A program made the position numbers and the translations under genes. The notes beneath the pieces were generated by a model. That model searched no databases, had not been told where the DNA came from, and saw only the letters and a program-made list of their open reading frames with translations. From Mizuhopecten yessoensis (lineage: Eukaryota), in assembly GCF_002113885.1 (NCBI RefSeq), contig NW_018480034.1, positions 386,620 through 450,619 on the forward strand: a stretch of 64,000 bases of DNA. Direction: 5' to 3'. This document shows, one piece after another, positions 38,212 to 53,074 of this stretch. Each line of letters begins with the position of its first letter. The stretch's first letter is position 1.

Positions 38212-39167
38212 ATCCATGTCAAATGCCATGCCATAAAAAAACAATGTAATTCAAATTTTATCTGAGATGCCAGTATTGTACTAAGGGGCATTAAGATGAG
38301 TCAATTTGTTGTGTTTTACTTTGAAAAAGCTAGAAGACGTAGTGGAGAACAATAAAGACAGCAAGGAAACTAGGGCAGAGTGGTTAAATTTAAAACTAAT
38401 AATGTGATTTCAGTGAACGAGAATTTAGACTTTTTCATACTAGCCTGAATCTGTCTCCAGCATTTCTTTAAAAAAAGGCTAATAACAGCGCTATTTTCAT
38501 GAGTGGAATAAAACCAAATTGTTCTTCTCATGATAATCAAATAATGCAAATGTTGGGACTCATTTCAAACTTGTGGCAGTATAGTCCTGTCTCATCACCT
38601 ATTCATGGAAACCGAACCTCAATATCTACGTCTAGCACTTTAACCGTTATGACTGCTTCTACACCCAAATATTACATGCAGAAATACGATCGGCTGGCAC
38701 GGAAGGGTCTAGTTTACTCGTAGGGGTCCCAGGATGAAAAAGCTATGTTTGCAAAATTTCACCGCAACGTGATGTGTGGGGTTTTTTCTCGGTTAAAGGC
38801 CATCGGACCTGATCAATATAACAGATTTCCTGTATAAAACATGGTCTCCGAAGGTAATGTAAGCAGTACTTTTAGTCCGTACTCATTACTTTACCCAATA
38901 CGAACCACCATTTTATCACTGTGTGTCGACACTTGGGACTACTGCAATGCAGCTCTGTCATAGACAAGCTGTAAATTGTCTTCCGATTGAATTAAAGACA
39001 TCCCGTGTCTATAACATGATATCAACATATAAAATCTTTCTTATGGTCCAGATTTTATTGTCTAGTTTTTCATATCTATGTCTTGGCATTGTTTGAGATG
39101 AAAATGTGCATGCTGTCTTGTCGGCCCGAGGTGTTTATGCTGATGGTATCATTAGATTCAAGCATAC

Positions 39168-39286
39168 CGTAAAAGAGATCTCACGGTGCCACAACACCTT
39201 TCTCTTTCTACAAGAATTGGTTTCTGTGAAAGTAATTCATGGTCTGATAGTCCTGATGTCATGCAATTCATTTTATTGTCAGACAT
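39168..39286 (-). CDS. Candidate first coding exon, MSDNKMNCMTSGLSDHELLSQKPILVERERCCGTVRSLL(R), phase-2 donor
   Basis: aaagATG context, 39 open codons, donor CG|GTATGC, and a CpG-rich upstream segment (39305-39370). No homology recognised. Confidence 0.3.
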
Positions 39287-41685
39287 CTTTGTATCTTTGT
39301 GTATATCGGCGCGGCGTTTTCCGCAACAGAAATCGGCACAGTGACGGTTATGCTGATGGTAGTGTCGACTTCTGTCTATGGTTTTGTGCTGAGCAATGAT
39401 CTTCCTCGTATTATCAGATCAAAGACACGAAAGTATACCAGACAGACATTCTATTTAATATCCTTGTTGATATAATTTCTTTGTACAAGTCAGAATTTTA
39501 CGTGTTTTCCGCCGGGGGATATCTAGCTGCCCAATGACGTCTAGTGCAGAGACACAAGATGTCGGAATCTACATATACGACTAGATTAGATACAGACCTG
39601 AACGATAATACAATCTACATTGTGACTGAATTTAAAGGTTCACCAATATCACAATAAAACAATAAAACACTTATACTGCAGACACTATGGAACCGATTAA
39701 CTTTAACCTTGAATTAAGTTGATCACATGTGGCCATCTATCAAAACAAATTTTAAGATCTATGCTGTTTCCTGGGGAGTACTGTTTTTGTCTGTTTTAGA
39801 CGAAAATTCTACCTTCATCCATTCTGCATTTACCGGAATAATGAATCGAACAATTCAAGTTATTTTTTTCAAAATAAAGAATAGCTTCACTTATTTAATT
39901 CAGTAATCTCCCCCAAAACTTAATACGTAATTAAATGCAGTATGCTAATTCAAAATGATTACCACAAAAATCCATAATGCACAAACTCGTACTTCAATAC
40001 TTCCGATTCAACAAACACCAACACGCTTCCTGCTCAATTAATTCTATCCTGGGATGCATTCTTGTACCTTTCCGCCAATAACTCATTGGTCGATACATGT
40101 ACTTAATGCTGTAGGGATTCACCATTAAAAATCATATTCAATATTGCAAAAAGAACATGAAGGACTCCCATCAATTCAATTTCACAGACCAACGCTACGG
40201 CCGACATGATAACAAGTGATTTATTGCCGATGAGTTTTTTGAATAAAACTGCAATAATATCTAATAGTCTGTGTTTTGTTTTAATAGAACAAGAGTCAAA
40301 GCACAAGGCAAGGTTTAAATTACAAAACTTCTTCCCACAAAACACATCCCAACAAAAAAATTGTTATAGACAAGATATGCTCCGACAAGTCAGCTTGTGT
40401 TCATTTACATTGGACACCCATGTTGTCAAAGTTGGAGATTTCTCGTTGAGAGTCTGATGATATTTCAACGATTTCTATATCAGATACAGCCGTGTGAAAC
40501 AGGTTCATTATCTAAATATCATTGTGATAACAATGATATTTAATTCCTTGAATACCTTAAAGAACACTACAGCAATTTGTTTTGATTTTGGAGAACACAT
40601 TCCCCTAATGCTTGGGAGTTTTTTCACAATCATCCATCATGCATGATGCTAGACAAAATCTTCATTCAAAAATCAATTGTGACATCAAAAAAGATAACAA
40701 GCAGACGGACATATTTGAAGGAAATATAACCCAATATATCTGAACATGAGATTTAGCTTGAGAAATGTCATCTGGGCAATAGAAAGGTTATTAATGGGAA
40801 GAAAACCTTTTCATTTTATTTACAGTGCTAATTGCCATCCAACATTGGGTTATAAATTTGATGACATTGCAATCAAAAGCACATTTCATCAATGGACTTA
40901 AATCACACACCACTTCAGTTTGGAACTCCGAAACCACATTAATGCTTATAAAAGTGGAGCCTTTATGAGAAAGGACACAGGTGTTTTGTCGCAGACTATA
41001 AAATCAGTCGAGAGATTTACATAACACACGATCCATACCAGGAAATGATGCACCGGTGTTTTCACACGCGATTTAAATCGCAGACAATTCTCACACACGA
41101 AATGCCATTGGTGGACTACTATTCCTGATGATAGAAACCCATTACTGGCTTTTGACGAGACATTTTTAGATTTCAATCACACCTTTAGTTTACAAGTATA
41201 TTATGACAATGACTAAAATGTGGATAGATTTATAATATTTAAAAAAACAGATCTTCAGTTTGCCATTGAGTAATCTATTGTAAGTGTCACTACCAAGAGA
41301 CCACAAGTCCAAAATTCACAGTATAAGAATTGTTGGTCAAATGACTAGTCAAAATCCACAGCTAATTATAAATATCCAGTCAAAATTTCATATACAGCAA
41401 ATCAAATCTAGAGCTAATTATATGAATGTATAAGAATCTTATCCAATTAAATCCCTATCTCTATAATGATCATTTCATCTGGCCAATATGTATAATATCC
41501 CATATCCCACATTTTGGCAGCATCCTAATATGGAATTGCATCCAAGTTGAATGCACATCGAATTCAGAACACTTTCCAGCTGATTATCGTTAGAATATAT
41601 ATGCCGATTTCCAAACATTTTCGTGGAATATCCAGGCAATATTAAACAACTTACCAAAAGTCAATGCAAAACTGCCCAAAGTAAA

Positions 41686-41891
41686 GTCCACAGTCATATG
41701 GCCTGAACTAAGTCCACTGTCATATGGCCTGAACTAAGTCCACTGTCATATGGCCTGAACTAAGTACACTGTCATATGGCCTGAACTAAGTCCACCGCCA
41801 TATGGCCTGAACTAAGTCCACCGTCATATGGCCTGAACTAAGTCCACTGTCATATGGCCTGAACTAAGTCCACTGTCATATGGCCTGAACT
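41686..41891. repeat. 26-bp tandem repeat, 8 copies (gtccactgtcatatggcctgaactaa)
   Basis: Exact period of 26 (41712, 41738 and onward). Confidence 0.98.
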
Positions 41892-42116
41892 TTCCAGTGC
41901 AAGATTGATTGGTATCATATGTTTGAACTTTCATTTAGGGATAGACATATGGGACCTATATTGCTAGTATTACATGATTTTAGGAAGTAATGTAACTTAC
42001 ATCATGTATATATTGCACATCAATCACTTATACATTACACAACATTGACACCTGAAATACACATCCTCTCATGATCAAAGACCATGTCACTGGACACACA
42101 CATATACATCTGTTAG

Positions 42117-42252
42117 TACCGTATTTACCCTACAAAAAGCCCAACAACATACTGTATATTCTCTAACTAAACGTAGTGGTGTTGTCTTAGTTTATGATGG
42201 AAAAAAGCATGTTTTATTCTGTTTATTACATACCTACTTGTAAAATACGGAT
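42117..42252. mobile_element. Short MITE relic with imperfect terminal inverted repeats
   Basis: Left end taccgtatttaccctacaaaaagccca; right end gtaaaatacgga. Confidence 0.45.
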
Positions 42253-42315
42253 ATATCTACTATCTTATGATGTGTTTTTCTTTTAAAATATATCAAAAAA
42301 CGAAAACAATCATAA

Positions 42316-42402
42316 AAAGGGTGTGATACAGGTTTTGCGGGCTGATACGGAGAGGGCTGATACAGGATTTGGGGTGTGATAGGGTGCAGGGCTGATATGG
42401 GT
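42316..42402. repeat. Degenerate GGGCTGATA/GGGTGTGATA short repeat cluster, 5 copies
   Basis: gggtgtgatac, gggctgatac, gggctgatac, gggtgtgatag, gggctgatat. Confidence 0.7.
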
Positions 42403-45400
42403 TAGAGCACTTGTGTTGTATCGCATATACAAAAACCCGTACTTATTAGTAAGTATGTGATAAAATGAAATTACACAGCTGTTTGTACTTTTGTGAAAAA
42501 ATAACAAAAATTGTTTGAATTACACAAGTTAAACTTTAAAATAACAAGCTGATAGAATTTTTGTAATTTCTGAAATTTTCATATTTCAATGGTAGGTGAT
42601 TAAAATAGATTTTTATTATCATATTTATATTTCTGTTGTAAAATCTAAATGCTCCAACAACACTGATAATTGATGTAGATCCATTTACAGTTTCACTTGA
42701 CCTAATGACATCACTTCCTGTTGTCAGAATGGAGATAGGAATCATTTAGCCGACTATGACCATATCCGCACCAAATGCTTCAAGATACAGCTAGACCGAT
42801 AAAAATAACAGACTGATTTTCACATAGTTTTTTTCATCATATTTTTAAAATCCATCGAAGAGACAAGCACATTTGTTCAGCAGTTATCATTAACAAAACC
42901 ATCGGTTGCTATGGCAGCAAACGTATAATTTCTATTAAAAAAAACCAGACTGATTATTACTTTTCCAGAAACGCTACTGTACATGCAGATAGGAAAAATA
43001 AAGAGTTCTTATTGGGTGCAGAGTGATTGAGGGGAGTGTTATTTGTCTAGTAAACTCAGATATATCAATATGGTTTCAAGATTGTGAAGATGGGGAAACC
43101 ATTATATCGTAATTTCCGAGCTACATCTCGCAGTTTCCTTTCTGAAAACCTTGGGCTCTGAGAATAGCCAATGGGAGGTTGTGTATCAGACCAATGGCTC
43201 AGATGTTGTTATTACAAGTACCTAACTTCCATTTCCGAAAATATTGACACTTGCTTTGAAATGAGTCTGGAATTGAACTTGTAGAAACCCAGTACAGTAT
43301 ATTGTGGGACTGCTTGTAGTAATATTAACTTTAGAAACAAGCAGAAAGCTATATATATACTGTAAATGGAGCTGTACTGGAAAACAGGTCTTTTACATAT
43401 AATTCAGTAAAACTTGAGAACATCTACATATCAAAGCATGAAAGAAAAGTATCTTTTAAACAGAATATTATCAGACTCAGGTTGTTAGTTGTTTCCTTAT
43501 TACCCATGTGGACAAAATAATCAAACAGAAAATTTAACATTTTTCTCAATATATTTAGTTTCTAAAATCAAGCACTCAGCTACCAAGTAAAAGCAACTAC
43601 TTCATATCAGAAAAATGTGTGTAATTTTGAGGGGAAAACAGTGTCATGATTCTAGAGAGGATCTCGACACATGCTATACCAAATCAGATAGACCGCCTCC
43701 CAATACAGAAATGTTCTTTGGAGCCGTGGACGACTGAACATGGAGGCTAGATACCGTAGCAGCAGACGTTGGGATTATTGAAGAGAGCAACAGACACCAG
43801 CCTTTTTCTAACTTCAGTGATGCAGCTCTTCAACAGGCCTCACCATAGCCTTGAAGTTGTCTGCAGATTACCCGAGAACTTATTTACAGACCGAAAACAG
43901 AACCGAATGCTTTTCATACAATTTAAACACTTCTCAAATAGCAGGACTTTGCAAGGGAAAACCATGGTTTCTGATTGTAAACCTTATAAAACAGCAATCT
44001 GCAAGTTTCCTATAAACGCAAAACAACTAATTTCATAAAAATTTGAACACAACCATTAGCAGGATACTGTTTAGCAAAATATGGTTTCTGAGTGTGAAAA
44101 TTAAACGTTAGCATTGACCATTTTCAGATTACCCCAACATTTGTTTTATATAACAAATGTTTTGTTGTCAAATTTCATAAAATCTTTTTTTTCTACTTGT
44201 GAAGATTGTACGATAACCGACAGCTGCCAATTGGCTAAAAATGATCATGACAATTATATACAGAGATAAAACAAATGTTTGCATACAATAACTTCACATT
44301 TCAGAGATATCAGAAAACCAGGATTTTCTATAATTGGTAAATTAAATCCCTCGGTATCCCCCCCCCCAACAGACAATCATCATACTGGTACTCAAAGTTG
44401 AATGACACAACATCCTGTTGTCTGTACGATTCTTTATTTTATTTACAAGTTAATGGTCAACATTCTCCTCATTGTCAGCCAGTTTGTCTGCGATGAAAAC
44501 TCAATAAACTCGAAAACAAACTAAATTGACACGTACTTACTGACGGTATTACGACGATGTAGGTGGGTAGTATGGCTCCACGAAGATAATACAAATTAGT
44601 CCACTTTATCCGCGATGGTAGTTCAGTGCAAATAAACAGTCCAATCAAGTATGCACTAACTACACACATCCCCCCTACAAATTACGTTAGATCAATCCAA
44701 TGTCAATGAAATGGAAGGTTCCAATTCCAAATGTAGAGTGGAAAGGGTAGACAGGTTCCATGGGTACATCAGTTCTGTTTTAGACATATGCAATTTACAA
44801 GTCTTAATTATATGTACTCTGTTGAATGCATGGCATGTGCATGTTCAACCATCACAAGTTTGGAGAATCAATATTCACTGGTAGCAAACACTGAACAAAA
44901 CCTACCAAATACAACATTATTGATTATCTACGAAGAACTTGATAATGCAATGTTCTGTTATCTTAGGCGGAAAAGATTCCTGTTATTCACAAAATTTAAG
45001 ACTTTTTAATAAAGATATCAAAAGTTTTACATTTCATTTCAGGTACGATTTTTCCACAGATTTTTCCACAGAAGCATCGGGAATGAATTGACAACAAGGA
45101 CAGACGTTTGTGATAAAGAGGTTGCTCCAGTGGCCTTGAGAATACAAACAGGACTCACTGACCTTCAGAGTACAAATGATCATAAGACTTTCACAAGTTG
45201 ACGATTTTACCCTAAAACAAATCAGTCTTATTCTATATGTTAACCAATCAGAAACAATATTTGTTTTTGAACGAATTATAATTTCAGACTGCAGCCGACC
45301 AAAATGTCCGACACAATCATATGATCCAATTGTTCCATCTTAGCCTTTAGGTGAGGTATTAAATCAAGAACAAAGTAGAATTAAAGGACTCAAGTTAAGG

Positions 45401-45569
45401 TCAAATACAAATAATATTACATTGTATGTCCTGTTTTATCAATAGCTCTTTTTGTACTGTTTCTAAAACTTTCTTGCAATTATACAGGGTAACATCTACA
45501 ACTCTGATGAAAGTGTGGGGCTAGACTCCTTAAACCAACTGTTGGCATTGCTATTGGACTGTTATGAAT

Positions 45570-45620
45570 ATGGGTGGGCTTATTACCAGGCATGGGCTTA
45601 TTGCCTAATGATTATGGTAA
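45570..45620. mobile_element. GGGCTTATT-family MITE fragment
   Basis: gggtgggcttattaccaggcatgggcttattgcc. Confidence 0.5.
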
Positions 45621-48600
45621 TTCTTTTATTCACTGGCCAAGTGTTAAGCAAAACATTGAACAGAATTTGGTCCTTTTTTTTTATAATGAATATACTTGCA
45701 TAAATGTGTATATGAATTTATAATTTAAGTATGTGCCAGCAAAAAAGATATATGCTTCAATTATTGACTTACATTTATATCGTACCTAAAAGCAGTGACT
45801 TCACGGACTATTTTAATAAGAATATTTCTAGTCTGGAATTAATCTGCCTGAGATTTTCACAACGCCATTTTATCACCTGAATGGCTACGTCTTGATACAC
45901 CCTTCAACATTTTCCAGAGTTGTAACTGGAAAGTTTATCAGCTATTTAGGCACTCTCCAAGTCCCTAATCAATTCCGCGTACCTGTAATCACTCTTGTGA
46001 ATTACCTGGACAGGTAATATCTTTACAGGTACGCAGCCCTTGAATTTGGCGACATTGGCCTACCTTTGCTAACAGTGATGGCTAAGGCTTAAATATTATG
46101 ATAACGGGCTGATATGGTAATCCTATGAGCACCTGTATCATATCAGCTACAGCTAGGTGTCGGGCAGATTTCCTCGCTCTGACCCATGTAACAAATTACG
46201 ATTACCAGTTCCAGGGTAATCTGAAAACAATTTTATACCTGGCCTAAGTTTTATGCAAAGGTTTTCTAAAAATTCCTTACTGGTAACATTAGGTTTTCCA
46301 TAGGAAAGTATTTCTGGAGTTGAGGAAATCTGAAAACTTCCATGACTTCTACAACGCTGTCCTGAATAGAAAATCTAGCATTATACACCGGAAATTTCCG
46401 TAAGAAAAGAAAAGAAACGAGAAAGAAAAGGGAATATTATCTTGAATCTTTATGTACTTTAATTTTACACTGCTTCTTTAAAAGAAGGTAGCCAAGAAGG
46501 TATATAACTCCATGTACTTTGTAAGGTCATTGTACTCGCCATGGGCACTAACCTTAATGGAAAAAGTCATTCACAATAATTTACTAAAAATGAAAATTTA
46601 TGGAATCACATTCCTGTGAAGTTTGCAAAATTGTATTTATATAACCTTTCAGCAAGCGTTTTATTGTAACCAACATCTTATTTTACAGTAAAAAACACCT
46701 GGATGGCCTAAACAAAGGTTTTATGATTTTACATGCTCATCTCGTATGTATGGGATTTTACGAAACCGATGTACACCTACATAAGTTGAGAAATAAGTGT
46801 CCCTGGTGTCGTATCGGAATCATCTCCTTAATTCACCGACATGTGTTGAAATTGTTCTACGATTCGTAAGAAAAAAAGTCAAGAGAAGCACTCAAGTTCG
46901 CTTTAAATCTCTACAACGTTCACATAGTTAAACAAGATAAGTGCTCGGTTGTCATACAGACAAGGTGCTCGAGAGGGGATTTCCCACCCCCCTAACATAG
47001 GGGTTCTTACGTAGGTAAACAAATGCTACATAACACACCAGGTAAATAAAGGTAAATACCACCGTGGGGGACGTCTCAGGTAGGCTAATGATGTCCTACA
47101 TGTACGTCCTATACATGTACAAATTTAAAGTGATTATGAACTTGATTTTTTCACAGTGAAATTTTTTACATGCATGAAAAGAATTTCGTCATGGATATAA
47201 TTGCGTGCTAAATGTGTCGCTTTGCTGTCTATTTTTTTAACGACTGAAAAGGTTTTTTCAAGTGGCTTATGTATGGTCTGTTTAAAACTAGTCAGCACAG
47301 TCTATAAACAATTTTCTTCGCACATTGATTACTTGCAATCACCTGCAATCATTAATTCCATTCTTTAATCAAAATTTTACTTAAATGTGAATTTTTCTTT
47401 TTACCTTACGTATATTTTGAATTTGAGCTAGTGACAAAGTAAAGATACTTGCAAATGGCAGTCATACTCTCGACTGGAAAAAAATCTTGATTTTTATGAA
47501 ACAAAATTTGAGTGTTCAGATTTTAATTGCCAACAAACAAAGGTTAACCATGAGAAAATTAAGTTTCTTACAACAGATTTAAATGGTGAGTCCAACCTGA
47601 GCTGCTGACCGCTACAAATACATACAGTCGACTGAACTTATAGCTTAACCTGATCAGCTATCTGAATGTCCAAATATCTACCCTTTTAGGACTTACATGT
47701 AAATGTCCCCTGTGGCGGTGATATTTTCTGAAATTCATTTTATAAAGACATCATATAACCCTAGCCAGATTTGTAAACAGCTTGGGAACATATAGGATAT
47801 ATGAATCCAGTACCCTAAAACTCATGTGGTCAACATTTGTAATCAATTAGTTCTCCAGTCAGGAAGCCTTCAAGATGGATTCTATCCCTTAAGGGCTGAT
47901 GATGCTGAAGATAGCTATGATAGAAGATTTCCTCATCATCTTTCCCAGCATCCGTAACAGATAGAATCAGAAGATGCTATACCAGTGGATTTCAGATATT
48001 GGAGAACCTATCTTGCCGGTTTCTCAGATTATAACAGCTCTGACTATACCCTCCACATCACACTTGGGTCCAGATCAATGATTTGAAGATTCTATCTTAT
48101 TCTGAAGAAGTCTTTCTGTGAAAAGACAATATGATAAGCGGAAGTGTAACTGTCGGACCTTAAATCCTTGCTTGCATCGAATCTTTTTAGATTTGATCTC
48201 TAAGAATATAATTATTGCAATATGAAGACGATTACAAAAATCTAATCGGATGTTCATACACATGCAACTTCCTGGACACGAAGCAAACTTCCGTCAAGCC
48301 ACATAAGAATTAAAACCTCAGGTTACAAACTCAAAGCTATAAAAAATATTATCAATCTCTTAGAGTAAAGCTGTGAACCTATTGTACACCGACGGTTTTT
48401 GTGGGTATTAAGATCCGTCTTTTAATAGTACAACTGCAAAGATAAACACGGAACTTGTAAACAGCAACCTCATAAACAGGTAGCTAGCCCACATCTGGTC
48501 CTGGTGAGATACTGAGACAAGATAATCCCCTGCTCCCTTCCTTACAGGTGCAGTGCGAACCCAACCGGGTCTAAATTATCCAAATCAATATGGAAAGGAC

Positions 48601-51600
48601 CCCAACTCCCTCCCCTTCCACTGGAGTGAGTAATATCATAAGATAGCTGCAGCATTATTAGATTAACCTACTTCTCGAGAGAGAAAAAAAAGTGTAATAG
48701 GAAAAATAATTTGAGTTTAAGTCCATGGATTTAACGTCTAACTGAATGTCTGAGAAACTTCGGTACCTTTTTTTATTTCGTTAAGATTCCCATGATAATA
48801 AATTACCATAATAAATAAGTACAATGCACCTACGGAAAATTTTGAAATCCTGAATTCTGAAGAGTCATTTAAAAAGCTTCCAAGAAATTAAGTTGATCAT
48901 CCTAAATTTCATCACCAACTAGCCTATAAAAAGACAATACGAAATTTGTTTGAATATAATAGGATTAAGGGAGTTTTACAAACACGATATTTGAACTTCA
49001 ATTACCATTGAAAACTACTGAGTATCCGTTTACCGAAAATCCAAGATGAGCCACATTCCTGTCTAGACGGAACAGATTTGACGACACATTCTGACAGCCC
49101 TATGTAACTCAGAAACATGTTTCGGAAGATCCCTGTTGTATTTGATACGGTGATCATTTGCGATTCTTTTGTCACAGCTCATCCAGGACTTTAAATTATA
49201 CAAAATCAGACCCACTTGTCTTTAAAGGGGAGTTGAAAAGATTATTTTTTTAAAACCTACATTTCATTAGTAGTTCATTAAACATTTAAAATCAGGCTAA
49301 AAAGATTTAAATGTGGTAAAGATTTCCTACTTCACCTGCAGTGTCAGTTTGGGTGGCAAAAAAAAACATGTGAAATACATCCAGTTTAAATTTTCTAAAT
49401 TTATAATACAAACAAATTGATATTTAAAGACACAAAAAAATCCAACCTGGTCAAGATTTGCTGAAGTTTAATTATCTTAACTAGATTATGTATATTTGCA
49501 CAACCATCGATTTCTGAATCATTAGCTTTTCTTTTGGTAATTTGCTGAAAATTTCAAGAGAAAAAACAAGCAATTAATTTGGAACCTCGAGAAAAAGTCT
49601 CAAGTTTTAAATTTGATAATAATGCAATCACAGTTAAGAAATGATTTGTACCCAATTAGGAATCGTAAGTTGACGAGACTTTGACATCCGAGTCCTGGAC
49701 ATTTATTGAACCCACCGAACTTGTCCTGTGGATTCAAGCACCGATCTACATTGTGTATTTATTTATAAATGACGGGATAAGATCTTGATTGTCATTGTAT
49801 AAATTGATACAATCGGGAGCTATCATTCAGCCATACAGGTGTGGGTAAGCGCCTATTCCGATGGGTAGTCCTTGTTTACGCACCAAATTACCTGTGGAAT
49901 TGGCCGTTCATTAATTAACGTCAAGTGTCGGCTATAAAATATTGCAATCTACCACAGTACATTTTTTATCGGGGTGTCAAACACACAGTACCACAATTGC
50001 CCCCAATCATCTTCAATTAAAACCATTTTTCGGCTAGGATCTAGGGATGATTTTCACGTCAAAAACTAATACCCAGATTCATCACCTTGCCACAACACTA
50101 AGTTAATCTAGTGCGATTAGGTAAAATTATTAAGGCTGTAAATACAAGTGTATGTGTTTACTATTTCGGATAACAGATTCAGTTTTCGTAACACTATCAT
50201 CAGTTGGGAGGTTTTATAGCTGCTATTAAGCGCTAGGTAGAGTCATCAAGCATATTGGGCGTAGATATGGGAGAGCATTTTATTTTTTTCCCCCTGAGGA
50301 ATCCTAATATTGGTGTCTATCCCTCGATTAGATGGTACATGTCAGACCGAAATGATAGGACATCGACACACCTCTCTCGGAGCTAATGATAGTCATAATA
50401 TCTATCCTTCGTCCCTATATACTCCAGCATCTCCGACAATTTCACATCAATTTCAATCTGACATGGCTGTCTATACTCATAGCTAGATCTATCAACATTT
50501 AAACTACACATACATAGGTTAAATCTTATTACATGTCCTTCAGATTTGTTATTGGTGACGTAAGTTATGCAGTAATTTTTTGGCCAGGACCAGTTTCAGA
50601 CCTGGCCCACATATATATACAACCATGCTTTAGCAGCTTTACAAAGTTTGGGACAAATAAATATCTCAAATGAAACTCAAGCGAAAGACATCATACCTAT
50701 ACAGAATGAGATCTGTGCAATAGATTTCTAAATCTATTTCATTTTGACATTTTCATTTGAGTAAAATTTGTCGGAATGGATGCAAAATACAAGCTTGGCT
50801 TTTATCCACACATCTCTGCGGATTTCAATCACAACTCCGTCCAAACATTGTAAGTAGTCGCACAAACAAGCACTTGAGACTTAAAGATATGCAGAACGAT
50901 ATAGGAACAGATTTAAAACTTTGATTAATTCAATGATACCTTGGCAGGTTGATGTGTTTACCTATAAAATTGTATGAAGTAGAAAATCTCCCAGTTACAT
51001 ACAAGTTAAGATGGTATCCCACCTATAATGGCTATATTCGATGTAAGTAGCAAACTAGATTGAGGTTTAAAATCAGCTGGATGTATATAACATACATGTA
51101 TATATATATGTAAGAAATGAAAATTGTCAGATTGAAGTCTTGACAAGCACAAATGTATGATCATGAATACTTGCATTTTTTGTATGTTTAGATATTCGAT
51201 ACAGGAATATATTTTTTGTTGTAAGCCAATGCAAGCTTGACATTTACAAGGCCATCGTGGGGTGTGGGATTTTAGGAAGCTAGCTATATAGGTTATGTTG
51301 TGAAATATGATGCAATATATAGGTTGTGAACTGGAGAAAGATATGGAAGGGGGGGGGGGGGATGATTTAATTTAAGATAAAAAGTTGAGAGGAGGCAGAG
51401 GAAGGGGAGCAGAATAAGGGTGTAATACATAAGTATAGTACATAAAATTTAAATATGATTAAACAAATTATTTTCGTTCCAAATTAAATATTGCATATGG
51501 TAAATTATCTGTTGATCAATTATACATATATATATATATGTAGAGAAATAAACAGAATTCTGTTAATGTCAAAAAAACTGATAATCTAAAAATTTAATTA

Positions 51601-51978
51601 TCCTATACCACCAATATTCATAAAAAAAATAATGACATACAAAAGTTCATAATAAAATGTACGGGTATGTGCTATAGTAATCTAGACACATCAGGAATAC
51701 GCGATACAATGTTCTGGATATGCAAATACCATGTCTCTAGGGATATTAGCCTGCGCATATACAAGAAAATAGGATCCAGTATACGTACTCAATGATACAG
51801 TACAGCATAGGTAATCATTGAAATTGACGTAGCAGACGCAACGCAAAGGATTGCAGGATCACATCAACCCAACCTCTGCAGCTTGATTAGACTTTCCGCC
51901 AAAGCTGAACACTTCTGTTTAGTTGATGCTCCGAGCTCTGTCAATTGTCCGAGCTCTGTCATCCAAAAGCTTACTTAC

Positions 51979-52069
51979 GTTCTTCAGGTATTAATTCAAT
52001 ACATTCAAACGTTGTTAGGACCTGGATGTCTTCTGCAATGATGGTTGCTCTATGATATGTATATTCCAT
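51979..52069 (-). CDS. Candidate first coding exon, MEYTYHRATIIAEDIQVLTTFECIELIPEE, phase-1 donor
   Basis: 30 open codons end at a consensus donor C|GTAAGT. A possible acceptor tttcatttgtcag lies at 52181. No homology recognised. Confidence 0.3.
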
Positions 52070-53026
52070 GAAAAGCACAATGACATTTGGATATTCTCGT
52101 TTATGCTGACTTTGTAAATAAAAAGCAAGCAATAGCAGAAATTGTGGATCATGATCTGGCTGGTCTGTCAATGATCAAAGCTGACAAATGAAATTGCGAT
52201 TTATTTAAGAAATGGAAAAAAAAATCTAAAAGGAAATATATCCACGTATCGATTTGTGTATTTGAATTGCAGGCTGTGGTGGAACACGATTCAAGCTTCC
52301 TATAAAATACAGCATACAGACATCATTGTAAACAATACACGATAAAACAGATTAGACGTTGAAGCTCTTGATTTCCTAGAAAGCAAAATAAATTGGGTTG
52401 TAATGCCAGCATTATGGAAACTATCACTAAAATACATAATATCAATCTACAGATGTTTCTTAGATATAGAAAAGCTGACATGGCAATATTGGGCTGAATT
52501 AATATCTTCTGACAAGAGGATGACAGCTGTTTAATTATAAACTAATTAATATTTTAATGATTTGGTACAAAGATTATTTTCATGGATATACTGTATGTGT
52601 ATGTCTCCCGAAATCTGCTTTAATGTTTGAAGGTATACAATATGAAAGCACAATTTACCTAGAATGCTATGCATCTTCAATCCTTAAAAGTTTTCTTGAT
52701 TGTCTCAAAATGTTTTCAAAATTTAAACAACTTATGATGTTTTCTGTTTAAACAATTATTTCTAATCCTAATCTTTCTCAATTTTTACATATATGCAATG
52801 ATGTTTTTTTCAGGATTTTTTTTGTTTTGTTTTTGTTGTATATGTTCCTTCTACATTTAAAAAATTGTTCCCCTCTGTCTTTCAAACTCAAAAACCATAC
52901 CAATACCATGTAATGTTTTATTTGTAGGAACTTTTTCAAACACATTTCTCTTCAAAGTCCAAGTGTTTTGTCGGAGCACTACCTAAGATAAGTTTATTTT
53001 GCTGTGATTTTGTTTTTTCTCTGCAG

Positions 53027-53074
53027 ATCTTCCTATCGGGAAGTGTACCTGCAGCAGCTGAAGGTCTGCAGCCA
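53027..53074 (+). CDS. Candidate 48-nt symmetric micro-exon (IFLSGSVPAAAEGLQP or xSSYREVYLQQLKVCSx)
   Basis: Very strong acceptor (attttgtttttttctctgcag) and donor CCA|GTAAGA. The length is divisible by 3, two frames are open, and the segment is locally GC-rich. Confidence 0.3.

Noticed and set aside
36706-38265. ORFs of 112-315 aa with 11-aa repeats
   Set aside because: They are open in several overlapping frames on both strands because the 33-bp unit lacks stops. There is no codon-position bias or domain.
47860-48085. Decayed coding region or pre-miRNA hairpin (gatgctg...cagcatc)
   Set aside because: The frames I translated contain stops, no protein is recognisable, and the stem is short and bulged.
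51930-51962. Short direct duplications (also 45048-45072 and 58095-58130)
   Set aside because: Ordinary 12-19-bp slippage duplications.
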